From the NCBI GenBank assembly GCA_965205655.1, contig CBDBIJ010000110.1, positions 1 to 64,000 of the forward strand: a stretch of 64,000 nt of DNA. The letters run 5' to 3'. A program made the position numbers and the translations under genes. This document shows positions 30,597 through 39,973 of the stretch, piece after piece. Under the pieces are notes generated by a model. It did not search any database. It had not been told where the DNA came from and saw only the letters and a list, made by a program, of their open reading frames with translations. The first letter of the stretch is position 1; every line of letters starts with the position of its first letter. Origin of the DNA: Candidatus Latescibacterota bacterium (GTDB lineage: Bacteria > Latescibacterota > UBA2968 > UBA8231).

Positions 30597-31568
30597 ATGG
30601 CAGATTTACCGAAGGAATTCACCGATAGACTTCGGGAGATCGTTCCCCTTTCCCGCCTGCAGGATTGTCTCGATAGCTTCTCGACACTGCCCGCCACGAC
30701 CTTTCAGGCCAACCGTCTGAAATCAGATCCTCACTCACTGCGCACCGAGCTGGAAACTGACGGCTTTTCGCCAACGCCGCTGGACTGGAAGCCGGACGCG
30801 TTCCAGGTCCCTCATTCCGAGCGCCACAGGCTGACCCGATCGGCCGCCTGCATTGAGGGCAGACTCTACATCCAGAACCCCTCCAGTATGGTCCCGCCGC
30901 TGGTACTCGATCCGAGTCCGGACGAATGGATTCTCGACCTCGCCGCTGCACCGGGCGGAAAGACGGTTCAGCTTGCCGGTCAGATGGGCAATCGCGGTCG
31001 CATCTCTGCTGTGGAATCCGTGCGATCGCGTTTTTTCCGGCTGGAAAGAGCGCTCGAGCTGTACGGCGCCGAGAATGTCCAGACCTACCTGAAAGATGGA
31101 ACCGCGGTGTGGCGGTCCTGCCCGGAGCTGTTCGATCGCGTCCTGCTCGACGCACCCTGCACGTCCGAGGGGCGGTTCGACGGAAGCGATCCGGCGTCTT
31201 TCGCTTACTGGAGTATGAAAAAAATCAAGGAGATGAGTCGCAAGCAGAGGCGATTGATGTTCTCGGCAGTGCAGTCGCTCAAGGCCGGGGGCGTCCTCGT
31301 CTACTGCACCTGTACGCTTTCGCCGGAAGAGAACGAGCTGGTCGTCGACGGCGCCCTGAAGCGATTCGGCGACTCACTGCATCTCGAGCAGGTTGCCGCA
31401 CCAAACGGGAGCTCGCTGAGGGGGCTCGGCCGCTGGAGAGGGAAAGAGTTGCACCCCGATATGAGCCGATGCCTTCGCATTCTCCCTGACGGGATCATGG
31501 AGGGCTTCTTTATCGCCAGGATCGAGAAGACTTCCTCTACGATCAGTCTTGCAAACCACGCTCGATGA
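30597..31568 (+). CDS. RsmB/RsmF (NOL1/NOP2/Sun) RNA m5C methyltransferase
   Basis: YIQNPSS, LDLAAAPGGKT, LLDAPCTSEG, VYCTCT..PEENE. Confidence 0.92.
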   Translation: MADLPKEFTDRLREIVPLSRLQDCLDSFSTLPATTFQANRLKSDPHSLRTELETDGFSPTPLDWKPDAFQVPHSERHRLTRSAACIEGRLYIQNPSSMVPPLVLDPSPDEWILDLAAAPGGKTVQLAGQMGNRGRISAVESVRSRFFRLERALELYGAENVQTYLKDGTAVWRSCPELFDRVLLDAPCTSEGRFDGSDPASFAYWSMKKIKEMSRKQRRLMFSAVQSLKAGGVLVYCTCTLSPEENELVVDGALKRFGDSLHLEQVAAPNGSSLRGLGRWRGKELHPDMSRCLRILPDGIMEGFFIARIEKTSSTISLANHAR

Positions 31569-33789
31569 CAGAGCTGACGCCCACCAGAAAAGTCCTTCCA
31601 GGTGCGGGCTCGAAGAATCTGTCTCGGAAAGCGTTCGGTACGACAGAGCCGTTGTAACGTTTGTCGAGGAGGTTATCGACACCGAGAAAGACATCGAACC
31701 CCAGCTTCGCCGTCTTCAGACTGATGCGCAGATCCGTCACCAGGGAGCCGTCATTGACATAGGCGGCTGTGTCGCTGCCGCTTTCAGCGCCGGGCGCCGG
31801 ACCGTTGAAGTCGTTGGCGAAGTAGTCGCTCACCCAGCGCAGGTCGAGCTTTGCGTAGAGCCCCAGCGGGTGGTTGAGTGAAATTGCCGCGTAGACGGTT
31901 TGCTGCGGGACGCCCGGGACCTCGTTGCCCGCCAGCTGGAACGTCTCCTCCGCACCCTCCCCGGCGCTCGAGTCGCCGGGAGACTCCACTGCAAAGTCGT
32001 CGAATTGGAAGCGGCTAGCCGTCGCCGCGAGTTCGAGAGTGGCCCGATGATTCGGCCTCCAGCTCGCCTCGAACTCGGTCCCCGAATTGCCGGCACGACC
32101 GGCGTTTCGAAAAAAGATCTCATCGCTGTCTCGAACCTGAAACGGTATCAACATGCGCTCGACTTCCAGATCGAACAGAGAAAGGCTGTACTTCAGGTGG
32201 TGGTGATACCAGACTCCGCGTATCCCAATTTCCCTGTTGTGAATGACCTCGGGCTCGAGATCGGGATTGAATCCTCCCTCGCCTGACGGCCTGTTGCCAA
32301 GCTCGACCGTGGTCGGGGTCTGAAAAGCACTGGCGACATTGCCAAAGAAAGTCAGGTCGCAGCGCGCGATGCTCTGCTCGGGGTTGATTGTCAACCCGGC
32401 CATCGGACTGAAGCGGGCCATGGTGCGGTGACCGGAATAATCGATGCCATCTTCGCCAAAGCCGTCTTCGACCTCGAAGCGGTAGCGATCGTAGCGACCG
32501 CCGAGAGTGAGGCTTGCTGCGTCGAGGAATGACAACTGCAGCTCGGCAAATGGGCCAATGCCGAGTACCCGTTCGTCCTGATTCAGCTGCCGGTCTCCGT
32601 AGCGCACGTTGTCGAGCCGCTCTGACGCAGCAACGTCGATCAATCCGTCTTCGAGTCCGAGATTGGCGAACTCCTGACGCGTGTCCGACTGTGTCTCGAC
32701 GTCGATTCCGGCGGTCCAGAAAAGCGGTGCGCGGCGCACTTCCTCTCGTCGGCTGTACGCAGATCGCAATCCTGCTGCGGTGCGCTCGAGATCGATGATG
32801 CGGCCGGGAATCGGGTTGGCGAGCGACCTCTTTAGACCGTACACGGTCACCTTCAGGTGCGACGAATCGGCGCCGGCGCGATGGAGGGTCAGTCCCGCCT
32901 GACCCTGGCGAACCTTTTTGAGCGCGCCTTGCTGCCTGACGAAAAAGCGGGCAGTTCGTGGCTCGGCATCTGCATCCCCCCTGGACAACGAGCTCGGGTT
33001 GAGAAGGTACGGGGCATCGTAGAGGTTGAGGATGGAAGTGAGCCAGAGTCGCTCGCTCAGGCGATGTCGACCGACTGCATTAAAGCCCATCGAGCGGGCC
33101 GCCGCGTGATCGCGATACCCATCACTGTCGAGAGAGTTGGCGCTGGCGAAGAGCATGTGGGCGCCAGTCACGTGGCTCGCGGCAACCTGAAGTCTGCGTA
33201 GCCCGTACGATCCGAAGACGACGCGCGGCTCGAAACTGGATCGAGTGTCGAGAGACCTATGCGGCGAGCGGGTGTGGATGTGAACGACGCCACCGCCGGC
33301 GTTTCCGTAGAGTGATGAGCTGGCACCGCGGATGACCTCGATGCGACCGGCCGAGGTCAGATCGAGGTTGCTCAGCTGCGACTGGCCATCTGGCATGGTC
33401 AGAGGGATGCCGTCCACGATTATCCGAACGCCGCGCACGCCGAAGCTGGCGCGGCTGCCGATGCCGCGAATGGAAAGGCGGTCCCCTTGCGACAGGTTGT
33501 GTCGATTGCCCACAACAAGCCCTGGAACCTGCTCCAGAACCTCGTCGAGAGAGATACCGGGTTCAGGCTGAAATTGCTTCAGGTCGATTGAGGAAACGGC
33601 GTACGGAGTCGACTGCTGTGGTCGCGGCACGCGCGTGGTGGTGATGGTGACGGGCGCGAGACGATACGGCTGCTTGTCGCTTCCGTGCAGAGAGTCGGGG
33701 CTGGCGACGGACTCAGGGTCTGATGCCCCGGCCAATCTCGGGATCACGCAGCATGCCGCGAGGTAGACAAAGCTGGGCCGCACGCGCAT
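31543..33789 (-). CDS. TonB-dependent receptor (YncD-like)
   Basis: Plug SIRGIGSRASFGVRG..VDGIP, IEVIRGASSSLYGNAGGGV; NLLDKRY; C-terminal EPAPGR. Confidence 0.92.
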   Translation of the reverse strand: MRVRPSFVYLAACCVIPRLAGASDPESVASPDSLHGSDKQPYRLAPVTITTTRVPRPQQSTPYAVSSIDLKQFQPEPGISLDEVLEQVPGLVVGNRHNLSQGDRLSIRGIGSRASFGVRGVRIIVDGIPLTMPDGQSQLSNLDLTSAGRIEVIRGASSSLYGNAGGGVVHIHTRSPHRSLDTRSSFEPRVVFGSYGLRRLQVAASHVTGAHMLFASANSLDSDGYRDHAAARSMGFNAVGRHRLSERLWLTSILNLYDAPYLLNPSSLSRGDADAEPRTARFFVRQQGALKKVRQGQAGLTLHRAGADSSHLKVTVYGLKRSLANPIPGRIIDLERTAAGLRSAYSRREEVRRAPLFWTAGIDVETQSDTRQEFANLGLEDGLIDVAASERLDNVRYGDRQLNQDERVLGIGPFAELQLSFLDAASLTLGGRYDRYRFEVEDGFGEDGIDYSGHRTMARFSPMAGLTINPEQSIARCDLTFFGNVASAFQTPTTVELGNRPSGEGGFNPDLEPEVIHNREIGIRGVWYHHHLKYSLSLFDLEVERMLIPFQVRDSDEIFFRNAGRAGNSGTEFEASWRPNHRATLELAATASRFQFDDFAVESPGDSSAGEGAEETFQLAGNEVPGVPQQTVYAAISLNHPLGLYAKLDLRWVSDYFANDFNGPAPGAESGSDTAAYVNDGSLVTDLRISLKTAKLGFDVFLGVDNLLDKRYNGSVVPNAFRDRFFEPAPGRTFLVGVSSVIERGLQD

Positions 33790-34655
33790 CAAGAGCGGCG
33801 AAAAGCTGCCGGTAGCGGCTCCCGCTTTAGTAGCCAGGCCGGCGGAATCCTGTCTGATGACAACGCCACGATGCCTCCGACGATCGCACAGGTTGTATCG
33901 CAGTCTCCGCCACCAAGCGCCGTCGTCCACAGAGCTTCTTCGTAGTTGTCCAGGTTGTGTGCCGCACACCAGAGACAAAACGGTACGGTGTCCTGGGCGG
34001 ACACACGTTGACCGCTGCCGAGGTTTCGAGCCGCGCTCGCCGTCTCCCCGGCCGGCAACCGAATCGCCTGTCGGATTCCGTCGTGAGTGCAGCTGTCTGG
34101 CACGAAGTGGAGACAGGCCTCTATGAAGTCAGTCCCTCGCGGGCATTCGGTCGCCGCTATGGCCGCCGCCGCTGCGACCGCCGCGGCACCAGCCTGGCCC
34201 TCTGGGTGGGCGTGCGTAATCGTCGCGGCATCTCGGGCCTGTTCAGCGGCCAGCTTCGGCTCACCGGCGAAGAAGGCGCCGATGGGTGCGGCTCGCATGG
34301 CCCCGCCGTTTCCGTACGAGCCACCGTCGAACAGAGCCGGTGCAGCCACCCGCCAGTCCTCGCCTTCGCCAAGCCGGGTCAGCAGCGACGCCGCTCCTCC
34401 GGCGTAGCCGCGGTGTGGGTCCTGCGCATAGCGACGGGCAAAGGCGGCAGCGAGGTCGTCCTGATCGATGTTGCCGTGCTCGACCAACACCTCCACGATC
34501 GAAAGTGCCATGTGGGTGTCATCGGTCCAGGGCCACGGACCCGGAGGCAGTTGCTCGGAACCGGCGGGAGGCTGCCAGAAGAACAGCTCGCCAAAAGCGT
34601 CGCCGACAGACAGCCCTTCGAGGCTCAGGAGCGCCGCCTCCGCACGGGCAGCCAC
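33789..34655 (-). CDS. ADP-ribosylglycohydrolase family protein
   Basis: VGDAFG, WTDDT, SYGNGGAMR, ITHAH, GGDCDTT. Confidence 0.92.
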   Translation of the reverse strand: MAARAEAALLSLEGLSVGDAFGELFFWQPPAGSEQLPPGPWPWTDDTHMALSIVEVLVEHGNIDQDDLAAAFARRYAQDPHRGYAGGAASLLTRLGEGEDWRVAAPALFDGGSYGNGGAMRAAPIGAFFAGEPKLAAEQARDAATITHAHPEGQAGAAAVAAAAAIAATECPRGTDFIEACLHFVPDSCTHDGIRQAIRLPAGETASAARNLGSGQRVSAQDTVPFCLWCAAHNLDNYEEALWTTALGGGDCDTTCAIVGGIVALSSDRIPPAWLLKREPLPAAFRRS

Positions 34656-34815
34656 CGTCCTCCTCTTCCACGTCGCCGTCGTAGTCTGAATGAGAATGTC
34701 CCGGTTTGAGAGTGGGAGTCCTCGATGTTTCGCATTGGCGACCCACCGTGCGATTACCCGAATGGAAACACCTCAGGCGCTATATTATCGGGTACCCGAA
34801 ACGCGAGCAAGGCCG

Positions 34816-35316
34816 ATGCAACTGGGCTACAGAAAATACCTCTCGCTCGCCCCGCTCATCCCGGGACTGCTGCTGTGGTCCTGTGGAAGGCCGGGCGATT
34901 CTCTCGGGTCGGAACCGGTAGAGCTGAAGGTGGAGTTCGAGATACTGTCAGCCCCTCAGTCGCCGGCCGAATCCGTCCTCGTCGACAGCGTTCGGTGGCA
35001 GCCCTTGAGCTTCCGTCATCTCATCGAGTCGGACGAGCTGGAAATCGACGGATCGTACAAGATTTGGTTCCGCAGCGTGAGCGACCGGTCTCTGTCGCTG
35101 CGATACGATCTGCGTTTCTTCGACCGGGATGGCTTCTTCGTCGATCTGTTCCACCCATTCGGCCTTCCTCTCAGGTTCGGGCCGATGGAGAGCGTGGTCG
35201 ATGAGGGGGCGTTCACCATCAGGTCCGCCGAATTGCGCCACATCGACGAGGTGACGACGATGCGGATCTCGGCGAGGATTGCCGCGGAAGACAGCCTGGA
35301 AGCGCCGAGCGATTGA
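34816..35316 (+). CDS. Hypothetical lipoprotein
   Basis: Hydrophobic N-terminus ending LWSC; beta-rich remainder. Confidence 0.55.
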   Translation: MQLGYRKYLSLAPLIPGLLLWSCGRPGDSLGSEPVELKVEFEILSAPQSPAESVLVDSVRWQPLSFRHLIESDELEIDGSYKIWFRSVSDRSLSLRYDLRFFDRDGFFVDLFHPFGLPLRFGPMESVVDEGAFTIRSAELRHIDEVTTMRISARIAAEDSLEAPSD

Positions 35317-35343
35317 GTGACCTAATGAAACAGGCACCTGCGG
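35313..35343 (+). repeat. 31-bp direct repeat, copy 1 (copy 2 at 37074-37104)
   Basis: TTGAGTGACCTAA(TG/CA)AAACAGGCACCTGCGG, 29 of 31 identical. Confidence 0.8.
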
Positions 35344-35747
35344 GAAGCCGTGAAGCTCAACAACCGTCCCTCAGACGAAAAAGATGCAAATAATGCACCA
35401 AAGTTAAAATTGCGTGCGAATGCAATTTTCGGCCGCCCTCAGGACTCCAGCTGAGCCATCACCCCCTGTCCTATCCCGAATCCCCTTCTGTCTCGAACGA
35501 CGGCGCACGTACGCCCGTGACATCAATTGGCAAATTATTTTGCCAATTTGCCAATTTTATTTGCCAAAATGCTACGTTCCGATTGTGAATGGGCGCTTTT
35601 CGTGGAGGTTCCCGATCGTGTGCGCTATTGGGGCCTTATACCTTCTTTTTCTCTCGCGGGGTAGGGCCGGCAATCTGGGCAACATTGTCGAGACAGAGCT
35701 GGTGCTCCAGCGCCCCAGGGTTTTCTTGGACACATTAGAGGGTCCAC

Positions 35748-36101
35748 ATGGACCTGAAAGGAGTGTTCGAGATGACTAAGCAGAAGAAGGGTGTTCGGGT
35801 CGGCCGATTCTCCGCTCGTCGAAAGCAGGAGGCGGTGTTGCGCCTGCTGCGTGGGGAGGACCTGGAGGTCCTGTCCCGGGAGTTGGGTGTGATGGCAGCC
35901 ACGCTGAGTGAGTGGCGCGAGCAGTTCCTGGGTGGGGGTGAGTCAGCTCTGCACAGCCGTACCCGTGATGAGCGGGATGAACAGATCGCCCGCCTGAAAG
36001 CGAAGGTGGGGGATCTGACGATGGACAACGAGTTGCTGGAGTCCAAGATCCATCGCCTGGAGGATGGACTCCCTTTGGCATCCCGGAGGTCGAAGCGATG
36101 A
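35748..36101 (+). CDS. IS3 transposase OrfA (HTH)
   Basis: RFSARRKQEAVLRLLRGE...SRELGV; LKAKVGDLTMDNELL. Confidence 0.85.
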   Translation: MDLKGVFEMTKQKKGVRVGRFSARRKQEAVLRLLRGEDLEVLSRELGVMAATLSEWREQFLGGGESALHSRTRDERDEQIARLKAKVGDLTMDNELLESKIHRLEDGLPLASRRSKR

Positions 36102-37006
36102 GCCAGACCCAGTCGCCCTCCAGGAAGCGGCCGTACAGGCTGCAGCGTGTGTGTCGGGTCTGGCAGTTTCCTCGCTCCACCGTCCACGAGCATCGGCGTC
36201 GGGCGGCTCTGCGTCCGGAGGAGCGTCTTGAGCGGAAGAAACGAGGTCCCCAAGGGCCGTGTACCGACGATGAGCTAGCTGAGAAGATTCGCGAGTTGCT
36301 GAAGGCGTCCCCCTTTCACGGGGAAGGCTACCGCAAGATGTGGGCCCAGCTGCGGGCGCAGGACATCCGCACCTCGAAGGAACGCGTACGCCGTGTGATG
36401 CGCGAGCACGGCCTGCAGGTGCCGCAACGCGCCGGCCAGCCAAGGGGCCCGCAAGCACACGACGGGACGATCACCACCGAGCGACCAGACCAGATGTGGG
36501 GAACCGACTTGACCACCACCGTGACCACCGGCGAAGGCACAGCTACGGTCTTCGTGGCTGTCGACCACTGCAGCTCGGAGTGCATCGGCATTCATGCAGC
36601 GGCCACAGGCGACCGTTTCGAGGCCCTGGAGCCGATCCACCAGGGAGTCCGCGAACACTTCGGCGGCGGCGACAAGGGTATCGCCGGGGGGCTGCAGCTG
36701 CGCCACGATCATGGCTCTGCGTACATGTCCGACCACTTCCAGAAACAGATCGACTTCCTGGGCATCGAGTCGTCGCCCAGCTTCGTGCGTGCCCCGGAGG
36801 GCAATGGCTGCTCCGAGCGATTCATCCGCACCCTCAAGGAGAATCTCCTGTGGGTCCGATACTTTGCCACGGTCGAAGAGCTCCGTCTTGCCCTGCTCGA
36901 ATTCAAGAGAGTCTACAACGAGAAGTGGCTCCTCGAGCGACACAACTATCAGACGCCAAACCAGGTGCGCCGGAGCTTCCAGCAGGAGTTGTCCAAGGCG
37001 GCCTGA
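36098..37006 (+). CDS. IS3 transposase OrfB (rve integrase, DDE)
   Basis: GYRKMWA, WGTD, RHDHGSAY, PEGNGCSERFIRTLKE. Confidence 0.9.
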   Translation: MSQTQSPSRKRPYRLQRVCRVWQFPRSTVHEHRRRAALRPEERLERKKRGPQGPCTDDELAEKIRELLKASPFHGEGYRKMWAQLRAQDIRTSKERVRRVMREHGLQVPQRAGQPRGPQAHDGTITTERPDQMWGTDLTTTVTTGEGTATVFVAVDHCSSECIGIHAAATGDRFEALEPIHQGVREHFGGGDKGIAGGLQLRHDHGSAYMSDHFQKQIDFLGIESSPSFVRAPEGNGCSERFIRTLKENLLWVRYFATVEELRLALLEFKRVYNEKWLLERHNYQTPNQVRRSFQQELSKAA

Positions 37007-37085
37007 CCATCCGTCAAATCAGTGTCCAGAAACCCAGGGCTTTACAGTGCCGTTGGAAAGATAGTGCCGGGATTTGAGTGACCTA

Positions 37086-37131
37086 ACAAAACAGGCACCT
37101 GCGGAATCCATGGAAAAGCTCCGCAGGTGCC
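37086..37131 (-). terminator. Terminator hairpin downstream of the tRNA-Arg pair
   Basis: GGCACCTGCGGA / TCCGCAGGTGCC 12-bp stem followed by TGTTTTGTT on the minus strand. Confidence 0.75.
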
Positions 37132-37153
37132 CGTCACTTGTACTGCTTAAAAC

Positions 37154-37230
37154 TGGCGCACCCAGTAGGACTCGAACCCACAACCCCCTGATCCGAAGTC
37201 AGGCGCTCTATCCAATTGAGCTATGGGTGC
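37154..37230 (-). tRNA. tRNA-Arg (anticodon TCG)
   Basis: GCACCCATAGCTCAATTGGATAGAGC...CTGACT-TCG-GATCAG...GTTCGAGTCC...GCCA. Confidence 0.95.
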
Positions 37231-37248
37231 CTTCGGCGTGTATGTGTT

Positions 37249-37325
37249 TGGCGCACCCAGAGGGACTCGAACCCCCAACCTTCTGATCCGTAGTCAGGCG
37301 CTCTATCCAATTGAGCTATGGGTGC
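37249..37325 (-). tRNA. tRNA-Arg (anticodon ACG)
   Basis: Same body with anticodon loop CT-ACG-GA; encoded CCA. Confidence 0.95.
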
Positions 37326-37375
37326 GTGGAGACCTCAGATCTGTTCCGGCGCGGAAGAAAAATAAGCCGAAGTCC

Positions 37376-38587
37376 TCAATTCTGCCAGGGTCGTTGCGAC
37401 AGCTGTGGTGGAGCGCCGAGCGCCTCCAGGTACTTGTAACCGCTACCCGTATTGAAGAGCACGATCCTGTCTCCTTCGTCGATGAGCTTCTTCTCCTGCA
37501 ACCGGCGCACCGCCGCCAGCGTGGCCCCTCCTTCAGGGCAGGCGAAAATGCCGGTGTGACGCGCGAGCTCGTGCGTGGCCGCCACGAGCTCCTCATCGGA
37601 GACGGCGACGGCGCAGCCGCCGCTTTGCCGTAGCGCCGACAGCATGAGGAAGTCGCCCACCGCTGCTGGTACTCTCAGCCCGGAGGCGATGGTGTGAGCA
37701 TTCTCCCACGGGCGTGCAACCTCCGCACCTTCCTCGAAGGCGCGGACGATCGGGGCGCACCCCTCGGCCTGGACAGAGACCATCCGCGGTCGGCGCGAGT
37801 CGATCCAGCCCATGCGTTCCATTTCGTCGAAGGCCTTCCACATGCCCACGAGACCGGTACCGCCTCCGGTGGGGTAGACGACTACGTCCGGCAGCACCCA
37901 GTCGAACTGCTCCGCCAGCTCGTATCCCATCGTCTTCTTGCCTTCGAGTCGGTAGGGTTCCTTCAGTGTGGAGACATCGAACCAACCCTCAGCGGTCTTG
38001 CGTTCGGCCACGATCGCACCGCAATCGCTGATGAGGCCGTCCACCAGCTCTACGTGGGCGCCGCAGCTGCGGCACTCGACCTGAAACGCCGCCGGCGTGT
38101 CGGCTGGCATGAAGACGTGAGCTTCGAGATTGGCGGCGGCGGCATACGCCGCCAGCGCCCCCCCTGCGTTTCCGGCTGTCGGAATCGCCAGTCTTCGGGC
38201 GCCCCGTGCAACTGCCGCGGTGACCGCCGCCGAGAGGCCTCGTGCCTTGAACGAGCCGGTGGGGTTGAGCGATTCGTCTTTGACGTAGAGCGATCGGAGC
38301 CCGAGCTCCCGGCCCAGACTCTCCGCGTGGTGCACGGGGGAGAACCCCTCACCGAGTGAGACTATCTCCGCCAGCGCGCCGGCTTCATTTGATACCGGGA
38401 GCACCTCCCGATAGCGCCACATGTCTTCGCGCCGTCCGCGGAGTTCGCTCTTGCGTAGCGTCCCTTTGATTGCGTCCAGATCGTAGCGGGCGAGGAGCGG
38501 CGCGCCCTCGTCCGAGAGGCTGTGCAGCTCGTCGGCGTCGTAGCGTTTGCCGCTGCGGGAACATTCGAGATGCGTGAGATAACTCAC
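37376..38587 (-). CDS. thrC: Threonine synthase
   Basis: MWRYRE, NPTGSFKARG, TAGNAG, EPYRLEGKKTMGYE, PTGGG, CPEGGA, FNTGSGYKY. Confidence 0.9.
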   Translation of the reverse strand: MSYLTHLECSRSGKRYDADELHSLSDEGAPLLARYDLDAIKGTLRKSELRGRREDMWRYREVLPVSNEAGALAEIVSLGEGFSPVHHAESLGRELGLRSLYVKDESLNPTGSFKARGLSAAVTAAVARGARRLAIPTAGNAGGALAAYAAAANLEAHVFMPADTPAAFQVECRSCGAHVELVDGLISDCGAIVAERKTAEGWFDVSTLKEPYRLEGKKTMGYELAEQFDWVLPDVVVYPTGGGTGLVGMWKAFDEMERMGWIDSRRPRMVSVQAEGCAPIVRAFEEGAEVARPWENAHTIASGLRVPAAVGDFLMLSALRQSGGCAVAVSDEELVAATHELARHTGIFACPEGGATLAAVRRLQEKKLIDEGDRIVLFNTGSGYKYLEALGAPPQLSQRPWQN

Positions 38588-39168
38588 TGTCTGTAGAGCC
38601 CTTTCGAGTGGATGTACTCCTCGACACTGTCGGGCACCAACCAGCGAACCGAGAGCCCGTCGCGCAGTCGACGGCGGATATCCGTCGACGAGACCTCAAC
38701 CACTGGCGTTTCCACGAGCAACATTTGCTCGGCGAGGTCCGGATCGGCGGCGCGATCGCCGGTGACTCGAGAGCCGACGACGACGGTGCACAGCTCCAGG
38801 ATTCCGGCCGGGTCGTGCCACGTTGCCATGTCGGCGACGTTGTCGGCACCGACGATGAGAAACAAATCGGCACTGGGGTTCAGTGCGCGCAGCTGTTTCA
38901 ACGTGTCGACGGTATACGACTTTCCAGGTCGCTCCATTTCGACGCGGCACCCTTCGAAGTGATCGACGCCCTCGATCGCCAGCTCCAGCATCGCCCACCG
39001 ATCATCGGCGCAAACGATATCGACGCGATGGTCTTTGTGCGGCGGGTCCGCCGCCACAACGAAGAGCACCGTGGTCAGAGACAGTCGCTCGTAGACGAAC
39101 TGGGCCAGCAGGAGATGGCCTGTGTGAATGGGATCGAAGGTGCCGCCGATGACGCCGAGGCGTTGCAC
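38584..39168 (-). CDS. nadD: Nicotinate-nucleotide adenylyltransferase
   Basis: GGTFDPIHTGH, PPHK, SYTVDT, GAD, SSTDIR. Confidence 0.95.
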   Translation of the reverse strand: MQRLGVIGGTFDPIHTGHLLLAQFVYERLSLTTVLFVVAADPPHKDHRVDIVCADDRWAMLELAIEGVDHFEGCRVEMERPGKSYTVDTLKQLRALNPSADLFLIVGADNVADMATWHDPAGILELCTVVVGSRVTGDRAADPDLAEQMLLVETPVVEVSSTDIRRRLRDGLSVRWLVPDSVEEYIHSKGLYRQ

Positions 39169-39171
39169 CGG

Positions 39172-39942
39172 TCATTCTCCTGGGGGTTGATCGAGATCGG
39201 AACGCCATATCAGGACGTCTCGCCTGAGCTCCTCATCCTCGCATTCGTCGATTACCTGGTCCCAGTAGAAGCGCGCTTTGTCGATGTTGCTGTCCCTTCG
39301 CTCGACGTCACCGAGTTGCGCCATGCCCCGATAATAGATCCACGACACGTCGGGATACTCTCTGAGCAACAGCTCGTAGGTGATCCGCGCCGCCTCCAGG
39401 AACCCCTGCCTGCGGTAGAGGTGAGCCGACTTGAACTGCTTTTCGGCGAGCCGCTCGCGACAGGCGGCGATCCGCTCGCGGGCGTCCCCGACGAGTGGGC
39501 TGCCGGGGTTGTCGTCGATGAATCGGTAGAAGTGCCGGAGCGCTTCGTGAGTCTCCTGTTGGTCGAGTTCGGGGCGGCGCATCTGAATGAAGTACGACTC
39601 GGCAGTCTGGAATTGGGCCTTTGCCGACCAGCGACAAGTGGGGTAGGCGTCCACGAGTCGCTCGTATTCGAATACGGCGTTCACGTAGTCTTCCATCTGG
39701 AAGTAGGCCTTGGCTAGAAAAAACTGGGCGTCGCAAATCAGGACCGACCCCGGAAAGTTGCTGACGACTCGCTGGAAGTGTTCCACCGCCTCGAAGTATC
39801 TCTTGCGCTCGAGCGCCCGCTGCCCCTCATCGAAGGAATATTGAGCGCCCCTGAGATTCCGAGCTTGATTCTGGCCGCCACACGACGCCAGCAGCGCCAT
39901 CAGCCACAGCAGACTCACATATTTTTGGTAGGACCTTGGCAT
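39172..39942 (-). CDS. bamD: Outer membrane protein assembly factor BamD
   Basis: Lipobox LASC, TPRs, LDQQET..A, RLAEK. Confidence 0.85.
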   Translation of the reverse strand: MPRSYQKYVSLLWLMALLASCGGQNQARNLRGAQYSFDEGQRALERKRYFEAVEHFQRVVSNFPGSVLICDAQFFLAKAYFQMEDYVNAVFEYERLVDAYPTCRWSAKAQFQTAESYFIQMRRPELDQQETHEALRHFYRFIDDNPGSPLVGDARERIAACRERLAEKQFKSAHLYRRQGFLEAARITYELLLREYPDVSWIYYRGMAQLGDVERRDSNIDKARFYWDQVIDECEDEELRRDVLIWRSDLDQPPGE

Positions 39943-39973
39943 TCCCGCTCACCGAACGACTGTCGTCGTCCTT

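Larger units (their letters stand above)
35706..37046 (+). mobile_element. IS3-family insertion sequence
   Basis: IRs ending in ...TGGACAC at both ends, right end ...TTTACA; 4-bp TSD GTGC (35702-35705 and 37047-37050). Confidence 0.88.

Noticed and set aside
35528..35543. Sigma-54 promoter (TGGCA...TTGC)
   Set aside because: GG-to-GC spacing is 11 nt rather than the required 10 on both strands
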